From assembly GCA_018656065.1 (NCBI GenBank), contig JABHZY010000023.1, forward strand, positions 1 to 41,641: 41,641 nucleotides of DNA. The letters are read 5' to 3'. The notes beneath the pieces are model-generated. The model was not told where the DNA came from and ran no database searches. It saw only the letters and a program-made list of their open reading frames with translations. This document shows positions 19,846-30,400 of the stretch, piece after piece (the stretch's first letter is position 1; each line of letters opens with the position of its first letter). The translations under genes and the position numbers were made by a program. Origin of the DNA: Candidatus Komeilibacteria bacterium (lineage in GTDB: Bacteria > Patescibacteriota > Patescibacteriia > UBA1558 > GWA2-36-10).

Positions 19846-20481
19846 ATGAAAAAAGAAAATAGGATATGGTTTTGGTCTATCGCCATAATCATTCTAGTTG
19901 CTTTAACATTAATTATAATAAATATAGCCAATCCAAATACTCAAGGCTCTACTGTAATCACTGACAAAGAATGGTACAAGGGTAATTCTGAAGCTCAAGT
20001 CACTTTGATAGAATACAGTGATTTTCAATGTCCAGCTTGTGCTACTTATTATCAAATGATAAATAAAATAGCCGATGATATGGGTGATGATGTACAGGTA
20101 GTTTTTAGGCACTACCCTCTATCATCTCATCCTCAAGCTGAATTAGCTGCTAGAGCTGCCGAAGCCGCTGGCCAACAAGATGCTTTTTGGCAAATGCATG
20201 ACAAACTATTCGTCCACCAAAATACTTGGTCAAATCAATCTGATGCTAAAGATATATTTATAGGCTATGCTGAAGAATTAAGTCTAGATATAGCCAGATT
20301 TAAATCCGATATAGATAATAATGATATCAAAGACGCAGTCAAAGATGATAAACGTAGTGGTAATCAAGCTTTAGTGGAAGGTACACCTACCTTGTTTCTA
20401 AATGGTCAAAAAATAAATAATCCAAGGTCTTATGACAAACTCAGACAAGCCATCAATGATGAGCTCTCCAAGCTTCAATAA
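19846..20481 (+). CDS. DsbA-family oxidoreductase
   Basis: EYSDFQCPAC, RHYPL, GTPT. Confidence 0.9.
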   Translation: MKKENRIWFWSIAIIILVALTLIIINIANPNTQGSTVITDKEWYKGNSEAQVTLIEYSDFQCPACATYYQMINKIADDMGDDVQVVFRHYPLSSHPQAELAARAAEAAGQQDAFWQMHDKLFVHQNTWSNQSDAKDIFIGYAEELSLDIARFKSDIDNNDIKDAVKDDKRSGNQALVEGTPTLFLNGQKINNPRSYDKLRQAINDELSKLQ

Positions 20482-20887
20482 ATTAATATATTTTTTTACT
20501 GGCATATCTTTGATAGGATTTTTAGATGCTGTCTATCTTAGTGTCTCTCACTATACAGGCCATATTTCTTGTTCTGTAGTATCTGGTTGCCAAGAAGTGC
20601 TAGTTAGTCAATATAGTGAAATATTTGGTATTCCGCTAGCTTTACTTGGTGCTGCTTATTATCTTTTTATATTAATCAATTCTCTATTATACATAGACAA
20701 CCAAAACAAATGGTCTAAACTAATTTTATCCTACCTGCCAATATTTGGCTTTGTATTTTCTATCTACCTAGTCTACCTGATGTTTTTTGTTATTGAAGCT
20801 CTGTGTCAATATTGCCTCTTATCAGCCGGCACCTCCACCCTACTCTTTATACTTGGCCTGATATTTATCAAAAAAAATAAAACATAA
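20456..20887 (+). CDS. Vitamin K epoxide reductase (VKOR) family protein
   Basis: C....GC..VL.S.YS..FGIP loop and CQYC; 4 TM; start uncertain (20432 or 20456). Confidence 0.9.
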   Translation: MMSSPSFNKLIYFFTGISLIGFLDAVYLSVSHYTGHISCSVVSGCQEVLVSQYSEIFGIPLALLGAAYYLFILINSLLYIDNQNKWSKLILSYLPIFGFVFSIYLVYLMFFVIEALCQYCLLSAGTSTLLFILGLIFIKKNKT

Positions 20888-20946
20888 ATTCCTGAACCGA
20901 GCTTAGCTCGGTTTTATTGATACCTAAATTATGATAAAATAGATAC

Positions 20947-21771
20947 ATGAAAGAAATGAACGTAGCTGAATTAAAAACTACTGCTGATACTATCCGCCAA
21001 GATATTATCAAGATGCTGCATACAGCTGGCTCAGGTCATACTGGCGGATCTTTGGGTATGGCTGATATATTTGCAGTGTTGTATTTTAAAATACTAAAAC
21101 ACACTCCTCTTCAACCTGAAAATCCATATAGAGATAGGCTGGTCTTGTCCAACGGGCATATCTGCCCTGTACTATATGCTGCATTAGCCAGAGCCGAATA
21201 TTTTCCTTTAGTAAAACTAAAAAACCTACGCAAAATAAACAATGCTTTACAGGGTCACCCACATCTTGGATCTTTACCGGGTATAGAAACTAGCTCTGGA
21301 CCACTGGGTCAAGGAATCTCTCAAGCAGTAGGAATGGCTATAGCCGCGTTAATAAACAAACAACACCATCATATATTCTGTATCACTTCTGATGGCGAAC
21401 ATAATGAAGGTCAGGTCTGGGAGGCTGTAATGTCTGCTCACAAATACAAGCTAAATAACTTAATAAATATTATAGACTACAACGGCATCCAAATTGATGG
21501 CTTAACTAAACATATTATGCCGTTAGCTTCATTAAAACAAAAATACGAATCTTTTGGTTGGCACGTTATGGAAATGAATGGTCATGATATTAAAAAAATA
21601 ATTACTACTTTAGAAAAAGCTAAAAAAATAAAAAAACCTGTGGCTGTAATAGCTAATACTATTTTGGGCAAGGGCGTATCTTTTATGGAAAATCAATACT
21701 CTTGGCACGGCTTAGCTCCTAATGAGAAAGAAAAAGATAGAGCGTTAAAAGAAATTCAAAATGCCAAATAA
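20947..21771 (+). CDS. Transketolase N-terminal subunit
   Basis: SGHTGGSL, LSNGH, LQGHP, GPLGQG, DGEHNEG TPP motif. Confidence 0.92.
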   Translation: MKEMNVAELKTTADTIRQDIIKMLHTAGSGHTGGSLGMADIFAVLYFKILKHTPLQPENPYRDRLVLSNGHICPVLYAALARAEYFPLVKLKNLRKINNALQGHPHLGSLPGIETSSGPLGQGISQAVGMAIAALINKQHHHIFCITSDGEHNEGQVWEAVMSAHKYKLNNLINIIDYNGIQIDGLTKHIMPLASLKQKYESFGWHVMEMNGHDIKKIITTLEKAKKIKKPVAVIANTILGKGVSFMENQYSWHGLAPNEKEKDRALKEIQNAK

Positions 21772-21809
21772 TCCCTCGGCTATGCTCGGGACTTCGCTTC
21801 ACTCAGAAG
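21772..21809. repeat. Two degenerate REP-like units
   Basis: TCCCTCGGCTATGCTCGGGA followed by CTTCGCTTCACTCAGAAG. Confidence 0.55.
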
Positions 21810-21824
21810 CACAATAAAAATAAT

Positions 21825-22769
21825 ATGCCTAGAAAAAATAACATAAAAATGCAATCAACTAGAGATGGCTTTGGCCAGGCTATGCTTGAGCTTGGTCGAA
21901 AAAATAAAAATATCGTAGTTATCTCAGCGAATTTGGCAGAATCTACTCGCGTCCACCACTTTGCTCAAAAATATCCAAATCGTTTTGTAGAAGTCGGTGT
22001 AGCCGAACAAAATATGTTGGGCGTTGCCGCTGGATTAGCTATAGAAGGTAAAATACCCTTTGCCACTAGCTTTGGCGCTTTTAGTCCGGGTAGAAATTGG
22101 GATCAATTGCGTGTATCTGTTTGTTATTCAAATTTAAATGTAAAAATAATAGGTAGTCATACTGGCTTATCAGTTGGGCCCGATGGAGCCAGTCACCAAG
22201 CTTTAGAAGATATTGCTATTACCAGATGCCTACCAAACTTAGTAGTATTAGCTCCAGCAGATTTTAGAGAAACTAAACTAGCTACTATAGCTGCCGCCAA
22301 ACATGTTGGGCCAGTTTATATGCGCTTTGCCCGACAAGCAGGTCCAAATATTAGTAATGGTAAATTTGCTATTGGCAAGGCTCAAGTTCTAACACCCGGC
22401 AAAGATGTTACTTTAATAGGCTGTGGTCCGATACTAGCCGAAGCTTTAATCGCTGCACGAGAATTAGGTAAGAAAAAAATAAAACTAGAAGTAATTAATT
22501 CAGCTAGTATCAAACCATTAGATAAAAATACAATATTAAGAAGCGTTAAAAAGACTAATAGAGTAATTACTCTAGAAGATCATCAAATAATGGGCGGCCT
22601 AGGTTCTGCCGTAGCTGAATTATTATCAGAGAATTTACCTACACCAATAAAAATGATTGGTGTGCATGATAAATTTGGACAATCTGGTAAAGCTGAACAA
22701 CTTTGGGAAAAATATAAAATGACCCATCCTTATATTATTAAAGAAGTTTTAAACTTATTAAAAAAATAA
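21825..22769 (+). CDS. Transketolase C-terminal subunit
   Basis: GVAEQNM, GPDGASHQALED, GPVYMR, GGLGSAV. Confidence 0.92.
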   Translation: MPRKNNIKMQSTRDGFGQAMLELGRKNKNIVVISANLAESTRVHHFAQKYPNRFVEVGVAEQNMLGVAAGLAIEGKIPFATSFGAFSPGRNWDQLRVSVCYSNLNVKIIGSHTGLSVGPDGASHQALEDIAITRCLPNLVVLAPADFRETKLATIAAAKHVGPVYMRFARQAGPNISNGKFAIGKAQVLTPGKDVTLIGCGPILAEALIAARELGKKKIKLEVINSASIKPLDKNTILRSVKKTNRVITLEDHQIMGGLGSAVAELLSENLPTPIKMIGVHDKFGQSGKAEQLWEKYKMTHPYIIKEVLNLLKK

Positions 22770-22773
22770 TCAT

Positions 22774-23736
22774 ATGAAACAAGGTTTTATAGAATTTCAA
22801 AAACAATTTGAATACAATCCAATAATTGAAAATAAAAAAAAGTATAGACCTGCTAAAAAATATATAGTACTAGGTATGGGCGGCTCTGCTCAAGCCCAAG
22901 GTATTATCAACAGCGTCGTGCCAGAATTGCATATTTTAACTCATAAAGATTATGGTTTGCCAACATTAAATGACAGAGAGTTAAAAGAATATTTAATTAT
23001 TGCTAATTCATATTCCGGCAATACCGAAGAGGCTCTAGATGGTCTTAAAATTGCTCACAAAAAAAAGCTAAATATTATTGTTATTGCTACTGGCGGAAAA
23101 TTAATTAAATTTGCTCACAAAAATAATCTACCATATATACAAATGCCAAATTTTGGCATCCAACCTCGAGCTGCTCTAGGATTCAATTGTCGAGCCATGC
23201 TCAAGGCTATGAATAAAAACAAACTATATAAAGAACTTGGCACCCTAGCTAAAACTGTTAAAGGTAAAAATTATGAAGCCCGTGGTAAAAAACTAGCCAA
23301 AACTTTAAAAAACAAAGTGCCCGTAATCTATAGCTCTACCAATAATCAAATTGTAGCTTATCTTTGGAAAATTAAATTTAATGAAACTGGTAAAATTCCA
23401 TCATTCTATAATATATTTCCAGAGCTTAATCACAACGAAATGACCGGTTTTGATGTAATGCCTGTTAGTAAAAAGCTTTCTCAAAATTTTCACTTTATTT
23501 TTATTCGCGATGATAAAGATCATAAACAAATTCAAAAACGAATGGATGTTGTAAACAAACTATATAAAAAAAGAAAATTAGGAGTTACAAACCTTAAACT
23601 AGCTGGTAAAAATAAATGGTTTCAAATATTTACTAATATACTGATAGCTGATTGGGCGTCATATTATACATCTCAAATATACGGCCTAGAATCAGAGCAA
23701 GTGCCCATGGTAGAAGAGTTTAAAAAAATGATATAA
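22774..23736 (+). CDS. Bifunctional phosphoglucose/phosphomannose isomerase
   Basis: GMGGSA, SYSGNTEE, QPRAA, NETGK, PELNHNE. Confidence 0.9.
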   Translation: MKQGFIEFQKQFEYNPIIENKKKYRPAKKYIVLGMGGSAQAQGIINSVVPELHILTHKDYGLPTLNDRELKEYLIIANSYSGNTEEALDGLKIAHKKKLNIIVIATGGKLIKFAHKNNLPYIQMPNFGIQPRAALGFNCRAMLKAMNKNKLYKELGTLAKTVKGKNYEARGKKLAKTLKNKVPVIYSSTNNQIVAYLWKIKFNETGKIPSFYNIFPELNHNEMTGFDVMPVSKKLSQNFHFIFIRDDKDHKQIQKRMDVVNKLYKKRKLGVTNLKLAGKNKWFQIFTNILIADWASYYTSQIYGLESEQVPMVEEFKKMI

Positions 23737-23743
23737 ACATTTA

Positions 23744-23778
23744 TAAAAACACCCTGAACTAAATCAAAGGGTGTTTTT
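23744..23778. terminator. Bidirectional terminator
   Basis: TAAAAACACCC...GGGTGTTTTTA between convergent genes. Confidence 0.7.
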
Positions 23779-23796
23779 ATTTATATAAAATTTATG

Positions 23797-24204
23797 TTAT
23801 TTTATCCTAAAGGTAAGATATTTATTACCAAAAAAATTCCAAAAAAGAACTATAGCAGCAGCCAGAACCTTACCTAATAAATAATGCCATCCTAGCTGTT
23901 CAACTGACATATAAATGATATTATTATTTAATATCAGACCTAAAACAGCAATAATAAAAAAAACTGGCAACTGTTTACGACGTTGCCCGCTGGATTTAAA
24001 TGTCCAATGTCTATTAATCCAATAGTTAAGAGTAGCGGCTAATGCAAAAGCTATAGAGGCTGAGATAAGATAATGAAAACCACCAAAATCTGTCAAAATA
24101 AATAAAACACTAAAATCAAGAACAGCTGAGGCCAGTCCAGCTGTAGCATATCTTGCTAATAAATACCTATTATCATAAAGGTGTCTCAGAGTAGTTTTTA
24201 TCAT
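23797..24204 (-). CDS. GtrA-family membrane protein
   Basis: 4 TM; NYWINRHWTF and WNFFGNKYLTF. Confidence 0.9.
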   Translation of the reverse strand: MIKTTLRHLYDNRYLLARYATAGLASAVLDFSVLFILTDFGGFHYLISASIAFALAATLNYWINRHWTFKSSGQRRKQLPVFFIIAVLGLILNNNIIYMSVEQLGWHYLLGKVLAAAIVLFWNFFGNKYLTFRIK

Positions 24205-24287
24205 TGATGTTATCTTTACTTTTTATTTCAAGTAATATAATCTTACTATAATACGTGCTTAAAATCAATTCTATTAACCAAGTAAAA

Positions 24288-25181
24288 ATGCCTAAAAAGA
24301 AAAAAATAATCGTAGTCACAGGTGGAGCTGGCTTTATCGGTTCAAATCTTATAGCTAGGCTAGTTAAGTCCAAAAATAACAAAATAATTTCTTTGGACAA
24401 CTACTTTAGTGGCTCCAAAAAAAATCATATTCCTGGCGTAACTTATCGTCGTGGGCATAGTAAAAATATTGCTAAATTTATCAAAGAAAAACCAGATATT
24501 ATTTATCACTTAGGCGAATATTCTAGAGTGGCCGCCAGTCTAGATGAAGCAGCCTTAGTTTGGGATCTCAACATGGCAGGTACTTTTGGTGTTTTAGAGT
24601 TTTGGAAAAAGCATAAATGCAAATTAGTCTATGCTGGTTCTTCAACTAAATTTAATGGTCGTGATTTAGCACCTTATACTTGGAGTAAAGCCGTTAACAC
24701 TGAATTGATAAAAAATTATAGTAAATGGTATGGTTTAAAATATGCTACTGTTTATTTTTATAATGTTTATGGTCCACGAGAAAGAGCTGGCCAATTTGAT
24801 GGAGCTTATGGCACCATCATTGAAACACTTAAACAAGCTCATCTAAAAAATAAAACCGCTATTATTAGAAAACCCGGTACTCAAACCAGAGCTTTTACTC
24901 ATGTAGCTGATACAGTCGATGGTATAATACTAGCTGGTCAAAAAGGACAAGGTGATGACTATGGAATATCCGCCCAGGAAACATACTCACTATTACAAGT
25001 AGCAAAATTATTTGGCTGTAAAATAAAAATGGCAGCTCAAACTAAGACTAGTCGCAGTGCCAAAGCTTTTAATTCAAATAAAATCAAAAAGCTGGGTTGG
25101 AAACAAAAACATACACTCAAAAAATATATTGCCGATATTAAAAAATTAAAAACCTTGAGCAAGGTCGAAAGGAATAAATAG
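24288..25181 (+). CDS. NAD-dependent epimerase/dehydratase (extended SDR)
   Basis: TGGAGFIGS, YTWSK, YNVYGP, RAFTHVAD. Confidence 0.9.
   Translation: MPKKKKIIVVTGGAGFIGSNLIARLVKSKNNKIISLDNYFSGSKKNHIPGVTYRRGHSKNIAKFIKEKPDIIYHLGEYSRVAASLDEAALVWDLNMAGTFGVLEFWKKHKCKLVYAGSSTKFNGRDLAPYTWSKAVNTELIKNYSKWYGLKYATVYFYNVYGPRERAGQFDGAYGTIIETLKQAHLKNKTAIIRKPGTQTRAFTHVADTVDGIILAGQKGQGDDYGISAQETYSLLQVAKLFGCKIKMAAQTKTSRSAKAFNSNKIKKLGWKQKHTLKKYIADIKKLKTLSKVERNK
25153..25172. repeat. REP-like element in-frame at the epimerase 3' end
   Basis: CCTTGAGCAAGGTCGAAAGG, encoding part of TLSKVER. Confidence 0.7.
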
Positions 25182-25182
25182 C

Positions 25183-26364
25183 ATGAAGAAAATATTAATT
25201 TTTTCATTAGCCTACTACCCTCATACTGTCAGCGGCGCTGAAGCAGCTATTCGTGAAATCACAGATCGTATAGATGATATTGAATTTCATATGGTGACTT
25301 TGCGCTATAATAATCAATTACCCAAAACTGAAAAAATTGGTAATGTTTTAATTCATAGAATTGGTTTAGTCACTAAAAATCCTAATACTCAAGATCTTGG
25401 TAAATTACCCCTTGATCTAAATAAACCTCTTTATCAATTTTTGGCTCCCATAAAAGGAATAATGCTAAATCGTAAATATAAATATGACGCCATTTGGTCT
25501 ATGATGGCACATTCTGCTGGAGTACCAGCTGTTATTTATAAAATGCTATCTCCAAAAACTAAATTTGCCCTAACCTTACAAGAGGGTGACCCAACGGATT
25601 ATATAGAAAAAACTATGAAGCCACTGGGGTTTTTATTTACTAATGCTTTTATAAAAGCTGATGTAGTGCAGGTCATATCAAATCATTTGGGAAATTGGGC
25701 TAGACGCCAAGGTACTAAAGAGGAAAATATAGAGCTGGTTCACAATGGCGCTAATCCCAAAAGCTTGAATCCAGATGCTCAGGCTGCTGATTTAGATAAA
25801 TTAAAACAAAAATTTAATAAGCAAGCTGCTGATATTTTTTTAGTTAACACTGCTCGTCTAGCTCATCAAAAAGCTAATGATAATACAATTCAAGCTTTAG
25901 CTAAATTACCAAACAATATTAAACTCTTATTAGTCGGTGACGGTGATCAAAAAGAGTTACTTAAAAATTTAGCTAAAAAATTAAAATTAGAAGATCGAGT
26001 AATTTTTGCTGGTCGAGTAGATAGAAGCGAAATTAGCAAATATAGACAAATATCTGACATCTTTGTTTGCCCTAGTCGTAGTGAAGGACTGGGCAATGCT
26101 TTTTTATCAGCTATGGCCTTACGTTTGCCAGTAGTGGCTACAAGAGAAGGTGGTTTAAGTGAATTTATCTTTGACCAAAAAACTGCTTGGGTAGTAGATA
26201 AAAATTCTCCAGATCAAATAGTTAAAGCTGTAAAAAATATACTAGCTAATCCTGATAAAGTAAAAATAATTACTGACACCGCCCATCAGATGGTCGTTAA
26301 AGAATATAATTGGGATCTAGTAGCTAAAAATATGCGCGATAAAGTATTCAGCAAAATAATATGA
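25183..26364 (+). CDS. Glycosyltransferase family 4
   Basis: SGAE N-terminal motif; PSRSEGLG; PVVATREGG. Confidence 0.9.
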   Translation: MKKILIFSLAYYPHTVSGAEAAIREITDRIDDIEFHMVTLRYNNQLPKTEKIGNVLIHRIGLVTKNPNTQDLGKLPLDLNKPLYQFLAPIKGIMLNRKYKYDAIWSMMAHSAGVPAVIYKMLSPKTKFALTLQEGDPTDYIEKTMKPLGFLFTNAFIKADVVQVISNHLGNWARRQGTKEENIELVHNGANPKSLNPDAQAADLDKLKQKFNKQAADIFLVNTARLAHQKANDNTIQALAKLPNNIKLLLVGDGDQKELLKNLAKKLKLEDRVIFAGRVDRSEISKYRQISDIFVCPSRSEGLGNAFLSAMALRLPVVATREGGLSEFIFDQKTAWVVDKNSPDQIVKAVKNILANPDKVKIITDTAHQMVVKEYNWDLVAKNMRDKVFSKII

Positions 26365-26903
26365 GTAAATTAATTCAAAAGGCTACTGAAATAATGATAA
26401 AGGCTCACGGAGATCAAAAAAGAAAAACTGATGGCTCTCCTTATATCAATCACCCCCAAGCAGTGGCTGATATGCTAAAAGAAAATAATTTCTCTGATAT
26501 AGTAATAGCTGTCGGACTATGCCATGATGTTTTAGAAGATACCGATTATTATCCCACTAAATTAAAGGAAGAATTAGGAGAAGAAGTTTTTAAGCTTATA
26601 AAATTTCTTAGCGAAGACAAATCTCTAGAGTGGGAAGAGCGTAAAGAAAAATATGTGGAACAAATAAAAAACAGCCCTGACGAAGCTAAGGCAGTATCTA
26701 TTTGTGATAAGATTCACAATCTAAATAGCTTAATTAATAGCCATTCTGTACTTGGCCCAAAAGTTTGGACTAAATTCAATCGCGGTAAAGAAAAAAAGAT
26801 GTGGTTTGAAGAAAAAATGCTTGCCATGTTTAAATCTAACTGGTCACATCCTCTGATAAGCGAATATGAAGTTTTATTAAATCAAGCTAAACAACTTGAT
26901 TAG
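26361..26903 (+). CDS. HD-domain protein, SpoT-hydrolase/Mesh1-like small alarmone hydrolase
   Basis: AHGDQKRK...PYINHP, HDVLEDT, CDKIHN. Confidence 0.85.
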   Translation: MSKLIQKATEIMIKAHGDQKRKTDGSPYINHPQAVADMLKENNFSDIVIAVGLCHDVLEDTDYYPTKLKEELGEEVFKLIKFLSEDKSLEWEERKEKYVEQIKNSPDEAKAVSICDKIHNLNSLINSHSVLGPKVWTKFNRGKEKKMWFEEKMLAMFKSNWSHPLISEYEVLLNQAKQLD

Positions 26904-27988
26904 TGCAAATTTAATTGTCTTTGTTTTTCCTCATCATCACGCAAACTATCACGAGCTATTTTATAATCATTTACTATAGATTTATCTAATTGCTCATTCT
27001 GCAAAATACTTGCTAAAGCATTGGTCCAGAGATCAATGCGTTTTTTATTTAAAATTTCTAAATTACCTTCGGCATGTTTGAGAGTTTTGACATAATGCCA
27101 AATTAACTCTGTTAATCTAAAAACTCTCATTAGTCTTAGAGACAAAAATTCTTTAGGATCTCTATTATTTTTTATATACTCAAGTAAAACTTTTTCTAAA
27201 TCTTGATTATACAAAGTCATAAAATTCAAAAATCTTGCCCAACCTTCATATTTATTTCCAAAACGTATTGAAGAGTGATCAAGTAAGTACATATCATGGC
27301 CAGTTACCCTAAAATTATGTGGTACAAAATCCCAATGAGTCAAAAAATTTGAATATAAATCAATAATTCCTAAATTTTTCTCAATAAACCTAGCTGATTG
27401 GTCCAAAAGATTATTAAGATCTTTTTTATCTCCTAGATTATTTTTAATATTTTCAGAATATTTTTTAAAATCCTCTAGATAAGCATGACTATCCCAAATA
27501 CCAAAAGACTTCTCAATAGTGTTGGCATGCTCATAAGTAGTAGCATGAACTGCCTCTTGAGCCTCAAAGGCTTTTAGAGATATAAAAAATTGATCTTCTA
27601 AGGGACGTGCTAAAAAAGTAGACTCCTGCTCTATAAATTCTGTAATCAGAATAGTATAATCCTCTCTTACGGTAAATAAAATTTCAGCTGGTGAAAAAAA
27701 TATATGATAAGCAAAATTAATTTTTTTAAGTATCTGACGAGATTGCCATTCTTTTTTTATTTCAGCTGACATTAACTCATCGCTACTAATTTTAATAATC
27801 ACTTTTTTATTATCAAACTCTCGATGAGCTAAAAGCACCAATTTTCTACCGCCAGATAAATAACGCTCACCACCAATATGTATTTGTTCTTCGTTTAAAA
27901 TAAAACCAAGCTCAATCAAAATTGGAGTTACCTTATTTAGCTCTTCATCACGATATGCTTGCCAATTTTCTTTATAACTATTTACCAT
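26900..27988 (-). CDS. Protein-kinase-like/APH-family phosphotransferase
   Basis: VIIK, THWDFVPHN catalytic loop, LLDH. Confidence 0.7.
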   Translation of the reverse strand: MVNSYKENWQAYRDEELNKVTPILIELGFILNEEQIHIGGERYLSGGRKLVLLAHREFDNKKVIIKISSDELMSAEIKKEWQSRQILKKINFAYHIFFSPAEILFTVREDYTILITEFIEQESTFLARPLEDQFFISLKAFEAQEAVHATTYEHANTIEKSFGIWDSHAYLEDFKKYSENIKNNLGDKKDLNNLLDQSARFIEKNLGIIDLYSNFLTHWDFVPHNFRVTGHDMYLLDHSSIRFGNKYEGWARFLNFMTLYNQDLEKVLLEYIKNNRDPKEFLSLRLMRVFRLTELIWHYVKTLKHAEGNLEILNKKRIDLWTNALASILQNEQLDKSIVNDYKIARDSLRDDEEKQRQLNLH

Positions 27989-27989
27989 A

Positions 27990-29132
27990 TTATTTTCTAA
28001 TCAGAGAAGCAAAAATATTATTTAATTTATCAATATGAGCTGCCCAAGAAAATTTGTTTTCTAAAACTTGCTCAGCTTTATATACTAAATCATCAGCCAG
28101 GTCCTGATTATTAAAAATTTGAATAATTTTTTTTGCCAAATCTTTAGCTTCTAAGCTTTTCACAAAAAGTCCACACTGACAATCTGAAAATATCTCTCTA
28201 TTGATAGCCGTATCTCTAGCTATGACTGGAATGCCAGCTAAAAAACTCTGAGTAACCTGCCCTGAAACATCTATGCCTTCAAAATTATGTACATAGACTT
28301 GTGAAGTTTTCCTTAAGTACCAATTTTGAGCTTTGGAAATTTTGCCAAAGAAATCTACTTTGTCTGAAATTTCTAAATTCTTTGCTAAGTCAATTAATCT
28401 GTCTTTAGCCGGGCCATCACCACTAATAGCAAGTCTGGCTTCAGGGAAATCATCGCAAACAATATCCACAGCCTTTATAATGTTATCCATGCCCGCCCAA
28501 TCGACTAAAGGACCACTGGTAAATACTTGATATTTTTTAATGGCTAATTTAAAAGGTAAATTTTGTTTTCTATATTCTGGGTTATAATTATATACAACTT
28601 TTTCCGGATCTAACTTATAAGAATCAGCAACTAAATCTGCTAAAAGCTTTGAAGAAACCATAACTTTAGAAGCTCTACGTAAAACCCAGGTTTGCAATCG
28701 CATAATCCATTTATTTCTAACATTAGCATCTCTGTCTTGTAAAAATTCTTCTAAAGATCTTTCACTCAAGCGTAAATTAGTAGACCTTTTCCATGATTCA
28801 TCTTCAGCAAAATTAACTAACACTGGAATTTTAGTAATAGACTTTACAATAATAGCTGGTAAACCAGCTGCTACAGCATTTTGCACATAAATTAAATCAG
28901 CCTGTTTAGACATTTTAAATAACTTCCAAGTATATTTAACAAGCCTAATAAATAAAGGTTGATGTTTATCTATTATTACAACATCTACATCTTTGTCTGA
29001 CTCTACTTGATTAGCATAAGCTAAAACCCTAAATTGGTTATCATCCTTTAGGTGTTTAGTTAATTCCTTACAATATAAAGAAATATCTTCTATTTCTGGT
29101 GGATATAATGGTGTAGCAAGTATTACTTTCAT
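27990..29132 (-). CDS. Glycosyltransferase family 4-like (divergent)
   Basis: ATPLYPPE, ISGDGP, AGIPVIA, FSW; donor-binding motif degenerate. Confidence 0.8.
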   Translation of the reverse strand: MKVILATPLYPPEIEDISLYCKELTKHLKDDNQFRVLAYANQVESDKDVDVVIIDKHQPLFIRLVKYTWKLFKMSKQADLIYVQNAVAAGLPAIIVKSITKIPVLVNFAEDESWKRSTNLRLSERSLEEFLQDRDANVRNKWIMRLQTWVLRRASKVMVSSKLLADLVADSYKLDPEKVVYNYNPEYRKQNLPFKLAIKKYQVFTSGPLVDWAGMDNIIKAVDIVCDDFPEARLAISGDGPAKDRLIDLAKNLEISDKVDFFGKISKAQNWYLRKTSQVYVHNFEGIDVSGQVTQSFLAGIPVIARDTAINREIFSDCQCGLFVKSLEAKDLAKKIIQIFNNQDLADDLVYKAEQVLENKFSWAAHIDKLNNIFASLIRK

Positions 29133-29170
29133 ATTTTATATATTGCCCTAAATAAAACTAATAGTCAATC

Positions 29171-29201
29171 AAAAAACCCCCTTATAAAACTAAGGGGGTT
29201 T
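29171..29201 (-). terminator. Intrinsic terminator
   Basis: AAAAAACCCCCTTA...TAAGGGGGTTT. Confidence 0.7.
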
Positions 29202-29211
29202 ATATAATATT

Positions 29212-30399
29212 CTATTCTATCTGTTCATCATGAGCCTGTTCCTCTTCTGACTCTGGAGATTCTTTTGACTTAGCTGTGATAACAAATAGGACTATAATCA
29301 CTATTAAGGCAAAAATAATTCCTAGCCATGGTATCCATTTATGCTTTTCTGTAATTCGACTCTCTTCTGTATCACAAACTTCACCAATGCCATCTCCATC
29401 TACATCTCTTTGATTTCTATTGGGATCATTAGGACAATTATCTTTATCATTTGTAATTCCATCTTTGTCAAAATCCTCACAAGCATCTCCACGATTATTA
29501 TTGTTTATATCGGTCTGATCTTTATTAGCTATTGAAACACAATTATCAAATATATCTGGTATACCATCTTTATCAATATCTGCTTTAGTATAGAATGGAT
29601 TAGCTTTAGAAGGAATAGTGGCTAAAGTCAAAACATCTTCGTTAGAATAAAGATTTCCTGATTCACCAAGATTCACAGAAACATATCTATCTGAATCAAA
29701 ATATAAACGATAATTTTTGTCTGGTTGAGCTAAAAATCGAACAAATTGGCTATTACTTTTATCAGGATCTTCTTCTACTAGTTTCAATTCATTAATCCTT
29801 AGTGGCTGAGCATAAGTAAAAGTTATTTTCCAATCTTTAGATGTAGTTTTAGGAAATCTAATAGTTTGATTGAGCATCTTGCTCTTAGCTAAAAGCTTTT
29901 TACTCTGGCCATTAACTACAGCAGACACTTCAACTGAATTTGGTAAAGCTACATTAGCATCTAGCAAAGAAATAATAGCTGAAGAAGTAACTGCTGTGGA
30001 GCTTTTAAGATTAATCGTTACGCTGCCTCGATCATTTCTATCCAACTGAAATTCTGTGTAAGTTCTTGAATTTTTATCTGTCATCTTATAAGCACTAGAC
30101 GAGGAAGGAATGGTGGTCACATTATAAAAGGCATTATTAGTAACAGTATTCTTTTTATAATAATAAGGTAATAAAATATCTGTACCCTGATCAACTATGG
30201 CGAAGTCCGTCCTCTCTAAATAAAAATATTCAATCGGTACTTCCACTACTGTTGGCACTAAAATATTTAAATTTGTAATATCTTTATATTGCCTAAAGCT
30301 CTCAGTCATACCCTTAGAGTTGGCTGCGTTGACTACTGGTGCCAAAACCATAAATAACCCCAAAAGGAATAATAAACTTTTTTTGTTAATTTTAAACAT
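29212..30399 (-). CDS. Surface protein with thrombospondin type-3 Ca-binding repeats
   Basis: Signal peptide; DIDKDGIPDIFDNC, DFDKDG...DNCP, DVDGDGIGEVCD; C-terminal TM. Confidence 0.85.
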   Translation of the reverse strand: MFKINKKSLLFLLGLFMVLAPVVNAANSKGMTESFRQYKDITNLNILVPTVVEVPIEYFYLERTDFAIVDQGTDILLPYYYKKNTVTNNAFYNVTTIPSSSSAYKMTDKNSRTYTEFQLDRNDRGSVTINLKSSTAVTSSAIISLLDANVALPNSVEVSAVVNGQSKKLLAKSKMLNQTIRFPKTTSKDWKITFTYAQPLRINELKLVEEDPDKSNSQFVRFLAQPDKNYRLYFDSDRYVSVNLGESGNLYSNEDVLTLATIPSKANPFYTKADIDKDGIPDIFDNCVSIANKDQTDINNNNRGDACEDFDKDGITNDKDNCPNDPNRNQRDVDGDGIGEVCDTEESRITEKHKWIPWLGIIFALIVIIVLFVITAKSKESPESEEEQAHDEQIE

Positions 30400-30400
30400 A

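Noticed and set aside
20947-22769. Split transketolase as a REP-disrupted pseudogene
   Set aside because: Two-subunit transketolases are a known form and both halves appear complete.
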